Shown: in pieces, positions 25,532 to 33,671 of the stretch
How the letters are laid out: every line of letters starts with the position of its first letter
How positions within the stretch are numbered: position 1 is the stretch's first letter
IMG/VR virus record: IMGVR_UViG_3300027973_000070
Location: 1-53,933 of that record
Source: a virus
Lineage: Duplodnaviria; Caudoviricetes
Direction: 5' to 3' (one strand)
Length of the DNA: 53,933 nt
Notes under the pieces: model-generated
Databases searched by the model: none
What the model was told of the DNA's origin: nothing
Seen by the model: the letters and a program-made list of their open reading frames with translations, nothing else
Position numbers and translations under genes: made by a program

Positions 25532-26087
25532 GATTGCGCTCCTTCAGTCTTGCCTGCGCCCATGCTACGCCTTGGTCAAACGTGTCGGGCATATCTTCAA
25601 TTTTGGCCCAATCCTCATCCGTCAGCCCTACCCACGGGCGCTGTGCTGCAAGTGGGGATGGCTGTTGAACATCGTCAATCTCTCCGCAGCTATAGCACAG
25701 CCATGTATAGCAACCTTTTTTGCTGTGACAAAAGCGACACGCCACCGGCTCCTGCACTGGTAGGGGTGGCGGCAAAGTGAAGTTGACAAAGTGGTCAGCA
25801 AGTTCCCGCGCTTTGTGCTTGTCGATGCCCTCGCGGACTAGGCTAACCACTACCATGTCTCGCCACGGAGTCGGCTCCTGCTCTGGCTGCACTGGTTGTG
25901 CCAAGGCTTCTTTGATGGCGGCGATGGTTTCCAAGTGCCTTATTTCTAAAGGACATTTTTGACCAACCCCGTGTTGGTCTTTTTTAGGATGATGTGCCAT
26001 CTCACATACAAGCGATGGATTTACATTCTCCAACGTCACCAGCGCCTGTTGCACTGTTGCTAAGTCAATTAATATTTTGTTCATCAC
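25524..26087 (-). CDS. Hypothetical protein (ALAQP..QEPVA / PWVGLTDE mosaic type)
   Basis: Typical accessory-region modules; overlapping start/stop with neighbours. Confidence 0.65.
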   Translation of the reverse strand: MMNKILIDLATVQQALVTLENVNPSLVCEMAHHPKKDQHGVGQKCPLEIRHLETIAAIKEALAQPVQPEQEPTPWRDMVVVSLVREGIDKHKARELADHFVNFTLPPPLPVQEPVACRFCHSKKGCYTWLCYSCGEIDDVQQPSPLAAQRPWVGLTDEDWAKIEDMPDTFDQGVAWAQARLKERNHG

Positions 26088-26428
26088 ATCCCCTCATCGG
26101 CCAGTGCCTCGGCCACGATTAAAAGAAAAACACAGCGTTGCTCTTCGCTACTGCTGAAATGACCCTCTTCTCTTAGCAAGGTGACTTCAATGTACGGTAT
26201 ATCAGCGCCATCACAATCGTCGGTCAGTGCTACTTCCCGCAGCGCCGTGCTGATGGGGCCGTACTGCAAGTGCACGTCATCCGGGTGGATGCGGTAGAGA
26301 CTATCGGCGGTTTTGCAATCATGCAGACTGGGCCATAGGCGAAATGCACTCTCCTTCCAGTCTCGGTCTATGGGCGACCTGTACTGAATCCTTGCCCCAC
26401 GGGCAACAGCAAAAAGTAAGCGGCTCAT
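26084..26428 (-). CDS. Hypothetical protein
   Basis: GAGGAG RBS before MSRLLFAVARG. Confidence 0.55.
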   Translation of the reverse strand: MSRLLFAVARGARIQYRSPIDRDWKESAFRLWPSLHDCKTADSLYRIHPDDVHLQYGPISTALREVALTDDCDGADIPYIEVTLLREEGHFSSSEEQRCVFLLIVAEALADEGM

Positions 26429-26691
26429 GTTTGCTCTCCTCTTGCTCGAATAGCGGCAGCGCATTCGTCACGCACATCTTTGTCTTGCTGAACAGCAAGG
26501 TTCTCGCAGATGACCGCACTTGCTTTCATACCGTCTTTGTAGCCACAGCGATAAGCCTCGGCAGTAATGACTTCTGCCTTGTGGGCGGCGATGAGGTTGG
26601 CAAAGGCGAGGAGGTCATCATCGCCCGAATTATTGCCGTCGATAATTAACCCAGCCTCCCGCGCCATGCGATTGATGTCGTTTTTGGTCAT
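26425..26691 (-). CDS. Hypothetical protein
   Basis: MTKNDINRMAREAG...ECAAAIRARG. Confidence 0.65.
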   Translation of the reverse strand: MTKNDINRMAREAGLIIDGNNSGDDDLLAFANLIAAHKAEVITAEAYRCGYKDGMKASAVICENLAVQQDKDVRDECAAAIRARGEQT

Positions 26692-26855
26692 ATCATGGCC
26701 CAGACAAACCCCGCCAGCCCAGCGAGGAACACGATGGTCATCAAAAACAAAATGCCGATGGTCACCCAATGCATCATTTCGTCGATGCACCCGTAGTCTC
26801 CGTCGTCTACCTGCCTGTCCTGCGCGGCTTCGCGCTTGCTGTCGAAGCCGCTCAT
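26688..26855 (-). CDS. Small membrane protein
   Basis: MSGFDSKR...WVTIGILFLMTIVFLAGLAGFVWA. Confidence 0.55.
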   Translation of the reverse strand: MSGFDSKREAAQDRQVDDGDYGCIDEMMHWVTIGILFLMTIVFLAGLAGFVWAMI

Positions 26856-27034
26856 GCCGCCACCTTCAGGATGGCCTGTAAGCCCTCTAGGAGCCTCTGG
26901 GCTTCGTCTTTGGTCAGCACGGTATGGGCACTGCCACCCCGCAGTTGCAAATGCAGCCAAGCCCCACCGTCATCCCACTCAGAGATGGACACTTTGACAC
27001 CGCTCTCGGTGCTGATGATGATTTCTTTTTCCAT
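26852..27034 (-). CDS. Hypothetical protein
   Basis: AAGGAG RBS before MEKEIII. Confidence 0.55.
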   Translation of the reverse strand: MEKEIIISTESGVKVSISEWDDGGAWLHLQLRGGSAHTVLTKDEAQRLLEGLQAILKVAA

Positions 27035-27044
27035 GAGAATCTCC

Positions 27045-27290
27045 TTAGTTGAGGTAGTCAGCGATTTCATCTTGAATGCGGGAGTCGTCTGCGTCAGTTA
27101 GCTTGCGTGCCAGCCAAGGGGCAGGGCGGCCCCGGCGGTCAAGTACGTCAAACAGGCACTCACTGCCGCCCTCGTAATCCCAGTCGCTGTCCGCCCCGCA
27201 GTCGCCAGCCACGTTGCTGTACTCCGTCACGCCCACGATGCAGGGGATGCCTGCCACTGTGGTCTCAATCTCGGCAATGTAGTGTGTCAT
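27045..27290 (-). CDS. Hypothetical protein
   Basis: IETTVAGIPCIVGV...VLDRRGRPAPWLARK; follows a promoter-like sequence. Confidence 0.7.
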   Translation of the reverse strand: MTHYIAEIETTVAGIPCIVGVTEYSNVAGDCGADSDWDYEGGSECLFDVLDRRGRPAPWLARKLTDADDSRIQDEIADYLN

Positions 27291-27331
27291 TTCGCTTTCC
27301 TTCGCTGTTACCTGCTTGTTGCAGTGAGGTT

Positions 27332-27358
27332 AGTATAACCCAAAATTAAACGATGCAA
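27332..27358 (-). promoter_or_regulatory. Putative early promoter with GTTTAATTTTG operator-like spacer
   Basis: TTGCAT-N15-TATACT (short spacer). Confidence 0.45.
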
Positions 27359-27368
27359 CACTTTTCTT

Positions 27369-27674
27369 CTAAGTGTTTTCCCTACCATGTTGCATTTTGA
27401 GGTGCGCCAGCAAGGCCAACACGGGGGCATTTCGTTGGGGGTCGTGCGCCTCGCGCTTTATCCACTGCTCCATTTCATTCAAGGCACAGTCCCAGCCAGC
27501 GTCAAAGCCTTTGACGTAGTCAGAGCGTTTACAGCCCTTGTGGGCCTGCGTGAAGGCATCCATCTTGCCTAGGATGGCATCGATGGGCGCAGGCATCTTG
27601 ATAGCCTCGCTGAAGCCACAGTGCTGGCACTCCATCCGCTGATTGGTGTTGTGGATGATGTGGTCGGTGTTCAT
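27369..27674 (-). CDS. Hypothetical protein (CxxC)
   Basis: GAGGAG RBS; ECQHCG, YVKGFDAG. Confidence 0.6.
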   Translation of the reverse strand: MNTDHIIHNTNQRMECQHCGFSEAIKMPAPIDAILGKMDAFTQAHKGCKRSDYVKGFDAGWDCALNEMEQWIKREAHDPQRNAPVLALLAHLKMQHGRENT

Positions 27675-27886
27675 GCTTGCTCCTCTTCAGGTTTAAATTC
27701 TTCTGCGTCAACTGTGCCTGCCGCCACCAGCACTTGGTAGCGGATGACATCAATGCGGCGCGTCTTTGGGGTACGCGAGATGCCCCAAGCCACAGCGCAG
27801 TTTGCAATGTCTTCGAAGTTGATGCCGCCACCTTTGTCGTCACCCTCCCATCGGGCCTTAAATTCTTGCTTGGTCATTGCGGTCAT
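27671..27886 (-). CDS. Hypothetical protein
   Basis: Coupled start/stop overlaps on both sides. Confidence 0.6.
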   Translation of the reverse strand: MTAMTKQEFKARWEGDDKGGGINFEDIANCAVAWGISRTPKTRRIDVIRYQVLVAAGTVDAEEFKPEEEQA

Positions 27887-28095
27887 GCTGTGTACTCCAG
27901 TGCCTGAAGTTTGCTGATTTGGCTGTTGATGTCTGTGACCGACTTCTGATAGTCGGCCACGACTTTTTGTTTCTGGGCTTTCAACGCTGCAATTTGTTGT
28001 GCCTTTGGGTGATGGTTGCGGCAGTGGCTGTAGCCGTTATCACCGGGGCCAAACTCGCCGCCGCACTGGCTGCAAAAAGTGTTTTGAAATTTCAT
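27883..28095 (-). CDS. Hypothetical protein (CxxC...C..H head plus coiled coil)
   Basis: FCSQCGGEFGPGDNGYSHC; C-terminus duplicated from the upstream gene. Confidence 0.65.
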   Translation of the reverse strand: MKFQNTFCSQCGGEFGPGDNGYSHCRNHHPKAQQIAALKAQKQKVVADYQKSVTDINSQISKLQALEYTA

Positions 28096-28397
28096 GATTT
28101 GCTTTCTTCCGCTACTGTTGCTTCGTACTCCAGTGCCATCAGCTTGCTGATGCGGTCGTTGATATCGGTGACAGACTTCTGATAGTCGGCCATGACCTTC
28201 TGTTTCAGCGCCTCCAGCGCCGCCACCTGCTGTGCGCGGGGGTCGTAGTCTTCAGGGACATCAATCTCAATTTCCTGCGGGCCAACGTAAGTACGGTACT
28301 CAGAATCGTCAAGTTGGCAATAAAAAACTTTAAAAGCTCCCTCCTTTTCCCAAGAATGTTTTTGATAGTGAACGTGGATTGTGGTTTTGATTTTCAT
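28092..28397 (-). CDS. Hypothetical protein
   Basis: Start MKIKTTIH; C-terminal coiled coil. Confidence 0.65.
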   Translation of the reverse strand: MKIKTTIHVHYQKHSWEKEGAFKVFYCQLDDSEYRTYVGPQEIEIDVPEDYDPRAQQVAALEALKQKVMADYQKSVTDINDRISKLMALEYEATVAEESKS

Positions 28398-28452
28398 GAT
28401 TCTCTTTCGTTTGTGGTTGGGGTTGGTTGTTGGGGCCGAAGCCCCGTTGGTT

Positions 28453-28737
28453 TTAGCGGCTGGTGACCTTGACGCTGAACACAGCAGACACCTTGGTGAA
28501 GGTAGCGTAGGCCGTTGCGCCATGCACTTTGATAAAGGCTTCCTTGTCGAATATTGACTTGTTGGACTCGCTGTAGGTAGCCTTGAACAAGACACCTTCG
28601 ACGACCGTTGCACCGCCTGCGGATGCAGACTCTTTGATGCCGTCTTTGATGGCATCTGCCTGTGCAGTCAGGTCTTTGATTTGAGCCAACAAAGAGCCGA
28701 GTGTGTCGATGTTGTTGAGGTTGAGGTCGTTGTTCAT
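28453..28737 (-). CDS. Hypothetical early protein
   Basis: IDTLGSLLAQIKDL...VEGVLFKAT; followed by GGGGC-TTCG-GCCCC hairpin at ~28432-28445. Confidence 0.7.
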   Translation of the reverse strand: MNNDLNLNNIDTLGSLLAQIKDLTAQADAIKDGIKESASAGGATVVEGVLFKATYSESNKSIFDKEAFIKVHGATAYATFTKVSAVFSVKVTSR

Positions 28738-28790
28738 TTCGCTGTTCTTTCGCTGGTTCTGCCTTGCGGGATTGCTTGGTCAGTGCGTGT

Positions 28791-28818
28791 AGTTTAAGGC
28801 CAAATTAAACCTCGTCAA
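28791..28818 (-). promoter_or_regulatory. Putative early promoter with GTTTAATTTG operator-like spacer
   Basis: TTGACG-N16-TAAACT with AT-rich upstream element. Confidence 0.55.
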
Positions 28819-28860
28819 CAACTTTCTTAAAATATTTTTCTAAGGAAAACCCTAATGTTG

Positions 28861-29151
28861 TTATTTGACAACACCAAGCAGTTTGAGGGTGTCGTCCAGC
28901 AAGTCCTGCTCAGTGAAGCCCCAGTGAGCCGGGAAACCCTTCGTGCCAAGGCCGTGGACGCCGTCAGAGCCTCTGTGATGGGCTGGGCAGAGTGGCAATA
29001 CGTTCATGTGGCTTGCGCGTCTCCCAGCCCCCATTCCAGCCCTTGGATGGTGCAACTCAGCCGGGGTTCCTTCATGCCCTAGCCTTCTGCAAACGGCACA
29101 ACCTAGTTCCGCCACCCGGCTCATGTGTTTCTTTTCTTTGAGAGTAGTCAT
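28861..29151 (-). CDS. Ref-like recombination-enhancement HNH nuclease
   Basis: LGCAVC...AELHH.R.G.G...VLPLCPAHH...GVH. Confidence 0.75.
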   Translation of the reverse strand: MTTLKEKKHMSRVAELGCAVCRRLGHEGTPAELHHPRAGMGAGRRASHMNVLPLCPAHHRGSDGVHGLGTKGFPAHWGFTEQDLLDDTLKLLGVVK

Positions 29152-29369
29152 GGTCGGGGGCAATCTTCAGGGACGGCGACGAGGCAATGCACAGCAGCAA
29201 AGTTCCAGCCTTCTTTGACCCAGCGGTCGATGTAGCTGTCGCCCATTCTGGACAATGCTTTGCGGATAGCCTCGGGACTGCCACGGACTGTTAGCACCAG
29301 TTGACTGACGGTCATGCCGTCTTCGTGCTTGTGGAGGGCATCACGAATTCTGTTTTGGAGTGGCGTCAT
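29148..29369 (-). CDS. Putative winged-helix protein
   Basis: IRDALHKHEDGMTVSQL...MGDSYIDRW...VPEDCPRP. Confidence 0.6.
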   Translation of the reverse strand: MTPLQNRIRDALHKHEDGMTVSQLVLTVRGSPEAIRKALSRMGDSYIDRWVKEGWNFAAVHCLVAVPEDCPRP

Positions 29370-29590
29370 TTCTTGCCGCTCCTGATGAGGTTGTGCAGTC
29401 TGTCTTCGATGGGTTCTACAACCCCTTTGCCTTCCCAAGACTCCCACAGCCCGTTGCGGCGGTCATCAATGGTCAGGTCGCCATCGGGGCTTTGACTGAG
29501 CAGTATTCCCATCTCCTTGCAACTTGCTGTAAAGCGTTTCGGTGCTTCTTGCGTCGGGCAAATGGTGTAGGTGTAGGGTAATTTAGCCAT
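29366..29590 (-). CDS. Hypothetical protein
   Basis: Overlapping starts/stops within the operon. Confidence 0.55.
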   Translation of the reverse strand: MAKLPYTYTICPTQEAPKRFTASCKEMGILLSQSPDGDLTIDDRRNGLWESWEGKGVVEPIEDRLHNLIRSGKK

Positions 29591-29801
29591 TGTTCTTTCC
29601 CTTCAATGCCTTCTCAATTGAGCGGTACAGACCCCACGCTGTTGAGCCATTGGCGTCAGTCCAGCGGTTGTAAATTGCCGCAAACTCGTACTCAGTCAAC
29701 CCTTTCCACGGTGATGCGTAAATTTGGGCATCATCATTCACTGTTCGACGCTTGATATCTGCTTCCAACTGTTCAAACGCTTCGTCTTCTGGTGTCTTCA
29801 T
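29583..29801 (-). CDS. Hypothetical protein
   Basis: MKTPEDEAF...PWKGLTE...IEKALKGKN. Confidence 0.6.
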   Translation of the reverse strand: MKTPEDEAFEQLEADIKRRTVNDDAQIYASPWKGLTEYEFAAIYNRWTDANGSTAWGLYRSIEKALKGKNNG

Positions 29802-30130
29802 ATCGTTGCCTTTCCTTCTGCTCTGTTGTTTGCTTGCTCTGTCCGCCAGATTTCCACTCGCATCTCGGCGGCGGTGATGTCCCACTTCAGCTTCTCTTCA
29901 ATCTCCACCGCCGCTTGCAAGCCTTTAATCATCTCCAGCATCTCTGGATGGGCGTAGGCTTCGCGCTCCTGCGCACCGAGGGCGGTCTCCATGCTGCGCT
30001 TCATCAGGATAGCCTTGAGGCTTTTGCGGTACTGTTCGATGTAGGTGCGTTCTGCCTTTGCCTTTGCAAACAAAGCCGCGTTTTTCAGGATGTAGTCCAC
30101 AGCCCTGTGGGGGTCTCGCTCTTCACTCAT
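29798..30130 (-). CDS. Conserved helical phage protein
   Basis: AKAKAER...QEREAYAHP...EIWRTEQANNR. Confidence 0.7.
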   Translation of the reverse strand: MSEERDPHRAVDYILKNAALFAKAKAERTYIEQYRKSLKAILMKRSMETALGAQEREAYAHPEMLEMIKGLQAAVEIEEKLKWDITAAEMRVEIWRTEQANNRAEGKATI

Positions 30131-30303
30131 TCTTTCTCCTTTTTTTTCCTCTTCTCTACAAAATCTTCGCGGATTTCAATCATTGCGTAAGCCTGTTCAA
30201 ACGCCTCGTAGGCCACATCAATCTTTGACTTGCCCTTGACGGGCTTTTGCATCATCAGCGCAAACATGGCATAGAGGTCAATCAGTTCTGGTTCTGTGTT
30301 CAT
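30127..30303 (-). CDS. Hypothetical protein (58 aa, not in track)
   Basis: MNTEPELIDLYAMFALM...; ATGA overlaps at both ends. Confidence 0.5.
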   Translation of the reverse strand: MNTEPELIDLYAMFALMMQKPVKGKSKIDVAYEAFEQAYAMIEIREDFVEKRKKKEKE

Positions 30304-30647
30304 TCAATTCCCTCAATTTTTATTTTGACCATGCCGCCAATTTCATCTGCCCAGTACACGCGCAAGTCTTCAATCAAGGCGTCGTCCTGCATCACACCAG
30401 CGTGCGTCATGGAGTCCAGCAATGCCTTCAAGAGGTTGTCCAAGTCACGACGGCGGCGGTCTGGGCGATACGCTTTGATTTCTACCTTGACTGCGTAGTC
30501 GATGTGCTTTGCGGCACGTTGTATCAGCACTTGGTCAGCAACCGCCTTGCGGTACTCGCGCCCCTTTGCACTGATGAGGACGCGCCCGTTGAAACTGCGC
30601 CAGTAGGTGTTGACTGTGGGAGGCCAAGGGAGTGTGAGTTCAATCAT
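30300..30647 (-). CDS. rusA: RusA Holliday junction resolvase
   Basis: LPWPPTVNTYWR...PDRRRRDLDNLLKALLDS...DDALI. Confidence 0.92.
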   Translation of the reverse strand: MIELTLPWPPTVNTYWRSFNGRVLISAKGREYRKAVADQVLIQRAAKHIDYAVKVEIKAYRPDRRRRDLDNLLKALLDSMTHAGVMQDDALIEDLRVYWADEIGGMVKIKIEGIE

Positions 30648-30853
30648 TTTTTACTCTGGTGATTGCGGATGCCCTCAGCCAATTCATGTTGACCAAAAGC
30701 CATTGCAATGTCAGCGTAGGCATGGCGCTCTATTTCAAGAGCGTGTTTGGTGGCCTGAATTGCAGTCGCCATGATTTCCGCTTTGGCTTTAGCCAAGGCG
30801 TCATTGAATTCGTTCTGCGTGTAAAGGGTCTTGCCCTGTTCAAAAATGTTCAT
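30644..30853 (-). CDS. Hypothetical protein
   Basis: Coupled overlaps with neighbours. Confidence 0.55.
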   Translation of the reverse strand: MNIFEQGKTLYTQNEFNDALAKAKAEIMATAIQATKHALEIERHAYADIAMAFGQHELAEGIRNHQSKK

Positions 30854-31062
30854 TTCATTGCCCTAATTTTTCTGTGAATCATCAGCGTGATGCCGGGGAA
30901 TGGGGTCTCAAGTTCTTTAAAGCGGTGTATCAAGTAATCTCTCCTGCCATCCTTGAGGGCTTGTTCTCCACCCGCCAAGGCCAGTTCCGCATAAGTCTGG
31001 GTCAAGGTCTCCAACCAGTCCGAGTGCGACTGTGATGTCGGCGTAGGTGTGATTGTGTCCAT
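30850..31062 (-). CDS. Hypothetical protein
   Basis: GAGG RBS; stop overlaps the next start. Confidence 0.45.
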   Translation of the reverse strand: MDTITPTPTSQSHSDWLETLTQTYAELALAGGEQALKDGRRDYLIHRFKELETPFPGITLMIHRKIRAMK

Positions 31063-31105
31063 CGCGTACCTCGTCTAAAAGTTTATGGGCTTGAAAGTAG
31101 TTCAT
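30917..31105 (-). CDS. Hypothetical protein
   Basis: ATG overlaps the methylase stop; MNYFQAHKLLDEVRDG...ALGLVGD. Confidence 0.45.
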   Translation of the reverse strand: MNYFQAHKLLDEVRDGHNHTYADITVALGLVGDLDPDLCGTGLGGWRTSPQGWQERLLDTPL

Positions 31106-32043
31106 ATAAAGTCCAGTGATTGTTGTGCAGTGCGAATGTTTTGCAGTTGGCAATAGTCTGGATTCAATTCACATCCAATGTATTGCCGCCCAAGGTTCTG
31201 CGCTACCTGTGCAGTTGTGCCGCTGCCCATAAATGGGTCAAGGACAATGCCTCCCACTGGTGCGCCAGCCAGGATACAGGGTTCAATCAGATGAGACGGA
31301 AAAACGGCAAAGTGAGCGCCAGCGTAAGGCTTGGTAGTCACTGTCCAGACGCTGCGTTTGTTTCTTTTGCCAATTTCACCAAAAGTTGATGCCTCAATTG
31401 TTTGACCTGTTTGAGCAATTCTTTCTGACGTATTGTTGTATTTCCATGTATCAATTCCTTTTGCTCTTTGTTTAGCAAATCCAGAATCTTCGTTTGCTTC
31501 TTCTTTTATCGCATCCGCATCGTAGTAATACTTCTGCGACTTGCTCATCAGGAAGATGTACTCATGCGCCTTAGTGCATCGGTCTTGCACCGACTCAGGC
31601 ATGGGGTTGGGCTTGTGCCAGATGATGTCTTGGCGCAGATACCAACCATCAGCACGTAGTGCAAAGGCCATCATCCACGGGATGCCAATTAGGTCTTTGG
31701 GTTTTATGCCGTCAATTTTTATTGCCTTGCCGCCACGCCCTTCTGCCGCTTCTTTTGACATGATGTTAGGTTTTGTGCCTTGACCGCCTGACCCGTTGTA
31801 ACTATCTCCGATGTTCAGCCACAGCGTCCCATCGTCCTCCAGCACATCCCACACGCAGCGGAACACTTCGACCATTGCCGTGATGTACTGCTCTGGTGTT
31901 TCCTCAAGGCCAAGCTGCCCCTCATGTCCGTAGTCTCTCAGACCGTAGTAGGGTGGGCTGGTCACGCAAGTCTGCGCTTTGATGCCCTGCTCTTTCCAGC
32001 GGCGCATGGTTTCTCGGCAATCGCCAAATTCAATTTTGTTCAC
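31102..32043 (-). CDS. Orphan DNA amino-methyltransferase (N4-C/N6-A, beta class)
   Basis: VTSPPY, LRQDIIWHKPNPMPES, HFAVFP, DPFMGSGTT; GTG start overlapping the upstream stop. Confidence 0.9.
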   Translation of the reverse strand: MNKIEFGDCRETMRRWKEQGIKAQTCVTSPPYYGLRDYGHEGQLGLEETPEQYITAMVEVFRCVWDVLEDDGTLWLNIGDSYNGSGGQGTKPNIMSKEAAEGRGGKAIKIDGIKPKDLIGIPWMMAFALRADGWYLRQDIIWHKPNPMPESVQDRCTKAHEYIFLMSKSQKYYYDADAIKEEANEDSGFAKQRAKGIDTWKYNNTSERIAQTGQTIEASTFGEIGKRNKRSVWTVTTKPYAGAHFAVFPSHLIEPCILAGAPVGGIVLDPFMGSGTTAQVAQNLGRQYIGCELNPDYCQLQNIRTAQQSLDFI

Positions 32044-32276
32044 CACGGCTCCTTGGGCAACCACGAGGCAACCGTTTTGGCTGGATTGTTTTTGTCTGCC
32101 AAATATTCCTTGTAGGTCTTCGTAGCACCATACTCGGGGCGCTGCCACTGGTGAAAGCTGCATTTGGGCATCTGCCCTTCCAGCTTCACGCTCCAGCGGG
32201 AGGCGCACCCCGGCACGCTGCAAAGCAGGCTTGGGCCGTCATCACGGTCTTTTGGTTCAGGTTTAGCAAAACTCAT
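32040..32276 (-). CDS. Small Cys/His protein downstream of the replication initiator
   Basis: CSVPGC..RWSV....PKCSFHQW. Confidence 0.65.
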   Translation of the reverse strand: MSFAKPEPKDRDDGPSLLCSVPGCASRWSVKLEGQMPKCSFHQWQRPEYGATKTYKEYLADKNNPAKTVASWLPKEPW

Positions 32277-33040
32277 TTTGAATATTTTCCATCTATGATT
32301 TTTTGGAAATTTGTTGCATTAACGACCCATTCCAAATCTGGTCGCCACGTTCTGCCTTGCGACTCAAACCCGGTTGACAGGGTCGTGTCGTTTGCAATGT
32401 AGCCAAAAAAGCTGTCCCACCATTGGACGCCTGCTCCCTGCGTCTCGTAGCCCTCTGGGCTGTACTGGCTTGGTTTGCTGGCTTGGTTCCACCTCTGCCT
32501 CAGATTTGCCCTGCGATTCCCCTCCCAGATTCTTGGCTGGGCAAGGTGGGGTAGATGCTTTGACCAAAGTTTGAGAATCACATCCTGCGGACAGGCCATC
32601 AGCTTTGCTGTGGACAAAGAAGGTTTACCTTCTTGTATTAAAGATGGTTCTTGGTTACTGGTTATTGGTTCTTGGTTATTGGTTAGTTGAACGTCCGTTT
32701 GAACGTCCGTTGGACGGGCGTTAGACCTTCGTTCAGCAGAAGCCTTGCCAGCACGCGATGCTTGGTCAACCTTTGACCTGTAGTGTGCAATTTCTTTGTC
32801 GGCGCGATTGCTTGTCCAGCCCTCTTCGCCAAGCACGAAGAACTCTTGGAGAACCATGCCCACCTCCTGCTCATGTTCCCGCAAACCTATCTGGCGTGCA
32901 ACGGACGTTACACCGCTGTTCAACGGGCGTTCACTCAAATAGTAGGCATCAAGCAGTCTTCGATAGGCAATGTCTTCGATGGGCGACAGATGCCGAGTGT
33001 GACTGACATAGTCACCGATATTAAACTGGTAGTAGTGCAT
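32273..33040 (-). CDS. Replication initiator-like protein (DUF1376/YdaU N-terminus)
   Basis: MHYYQFNIGDY..HT.HLS..ED.AYRRLLD.YY; low-complexity linker; C-terminal W.PDLEWVV...NFQKIIDGKY. Confidence 0.8.
   Translation of the reverse strand: MHYYQFNIGDYVSHTRHLSPIEDIAYRRLLDAYYLSERPLNSGVTSVARQIGLREHEQEVGMVLQEFFVLGEEGWTSNRADKEIAHYRSKVDQASRAGKASAERRSNARPTDVQTDVQLTNNQEPITSNQEPSLIQEGKPSLSTAKLMACPQDVILKLWSKHLPHLAQPRIWEGNRRANLRQRWNQASKPSQYSPEGYETQGAGVQWWDSFFGYIANDTTLSTGFESQGRTWRPDLEWVVNATNFQKIIDGKYSK
32646..32722. repeat. Iteron-like repeats (putative origin) within the initiator gene
   Basis: TTGAACGTCCGT x2 plus a degenerate third copy; adjacent TGGTT-rich repeats; inverted copy CAACGGACGTT at 32899-32909. 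Confidence 0.5.
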
Positions 33041-33141
33041 TGACAACCTTACGTTCTAGGTCAGCCGTTACTGTGGGTGGGTCTGGCAGGGCGGTAACGA
33101 ATCGCCTTTTCCCCCGCTAAGGGTAGCCATGCCCAATTCTA
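33041..33141 (-). promoter_or_regulatory. Promoter plus structured 5' leader of the initiator gene
   Basis: TGA-TAGAAT extended -10; three-way junction with loop CGTTAC complementary to downstream GTAACG. Confidence 0.5.
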
Positions 33142-33462
33142 TCATAGTGCTTTTTTGGGCCTGCCGCCAAGTTTGCCTAACTCTTTGTTGACGGCCACCT
33201 GTTTGGTGTACCGGGCAATTTCTGCGTCACAGCGGCCATTGCGATAGCCGTCAACGCCCTTGACGAAGAATTCTTCCAAGACAATCTCGGTGATGTCCAA
33301 GTCAAGTTTGATTTTTCTGGCAACCGCTTCGGTATCCAAAGGGATTGGCTTTTCGCTGATGTAGTACAAATCCAACAGTCTGCGGTAGGCCAAGTCCTCG
33401 GCATCCGACAGGTGCGTGGTGTGGGTAAGGTATTCGCCCAGATAAAATTTGTACCAAATCAT
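33142..33462 (-). CDS. Short DUF1376/YdaU-family protein
   Basis: WYKFYLGEY..HT.HLSDAEDLAYRRLLDLYY...GKLGGRPKK. Confidence 0.8.
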   Translation of the reverse strand: MIWYKFYLGEYLTHTTHLSDAEDLAYRRLLDLYYISEKPIPLDTEAVARKIKLDLDITEIVLEEFFVKGVDGYRNGRCDAEIARYTKQVAVNKELGKLGGRPKKAL

Positions 33463-33671
33463 TTCGCTGTCTTTCCAAAGATGTCGGGCCGAAGTTCAGC
33501 CCTCTTTACTTTCCTGCCAGTCTGCACTTCAATGTCTCGGGCCAGTTCTGGGCTAGGCAGTTGTCTCCCGGTCACCACCAGCGAGAACCAAGTCTTGCTG
33601 ATGCCCAGCTTGCGGGCCATTGCAATCATCGACCCCCTTGGCTTGTCCTTAAAAAATTCTTGAAGCGTCAT
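33459..33671 (-). CDS. Cro/YdaS-like HTH regulator
   Basis: MARKLGISKTWFS...PSPELA..IE..TG..V.RAELRPDIF. Confidence 0.82.
   Translation of the reverse strand: MTLQEFFKDKPRGSMIAMARKLGISKTWFSLVVTGRQLPSPELARDIEVQTGRKVKRAELRPDIFGKTAK

Noticed and set aside
27892-28243. DGR template/variable repeat pair
   Set aside because: Differences are not adenine-specific and no reverse transcriptase is seen in the genome
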